From NCBI RefSeq assembly GCF_963921235.1, contig NC_086097.1, forward strand, positions 194,806,001 to 194,870,000: a DNA stretch of 64,000 nucleotides, given 5' to 3'. Source of the DNA: Mobula hypostoma. Lineage: Eukaryota. The notes under the pieces were generated by a model, which saw only the letters and a program-made list of their open reading frames with translations, was not told the origin of the DNA and searched no databases. Each line of letters opens with the position of its first letter. The first letter of the stretch is position 1. Made by a program: the position numbers and the translations under genes. Shown piece after piece: positions 63,910-64,000 of the stretch.

Positions 63910-64000
63910 GTTTATTAGGTAAAGCACTTATAGATAGAATTGCAAAGATGCTTCAATATAACTACCATAAATATTAATAAAAGCTTTGAAGAATTGTATT

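Overview
Repeat-dominated eukaryotic (vertebrate) intergenic or intronic DNA. The mix of CR1 LINEs, Penelope elements, Rex1/Babar, RTE, V-SINE-like SINEs and Ty3/Gypsy elements resembles a cartilaginous fish such as a ray; this is an inference from repeat content only. No convincing in-place host exon was found. Most of the window is nested, decayed retroelements, and many junctions carry readable target-site duplications (TSDs). The most unusual object is a minus-strand Sushi/chromovirus-type LTR element at 12148-15674. It has an open gag and a protease remnant, but RT, RNase H and the integrase core are replaced by a ~0.7 kb AT-rich, non-TE-like open reading frame, apparently a captured host exon. 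Its LTRs carry a tRNA-Glu-derived segment, and its primer-binding site is complementary to its own predicted 5' end (Tf1-type self-priming). Other points of interest: Penelope-derived minimal hammerhead ribozyme motifs, several of them at the apex of fold-back insertions; an RTE-derived short element recalling marsupial MdoRep1; a 27-bp minisatellite born inside a SINE; three solo LTRs with TSDs; and a three-level nested insertion stack at 43.7-54.7 kb. All calls are by eye. Boundaries without TSDs are approximate.
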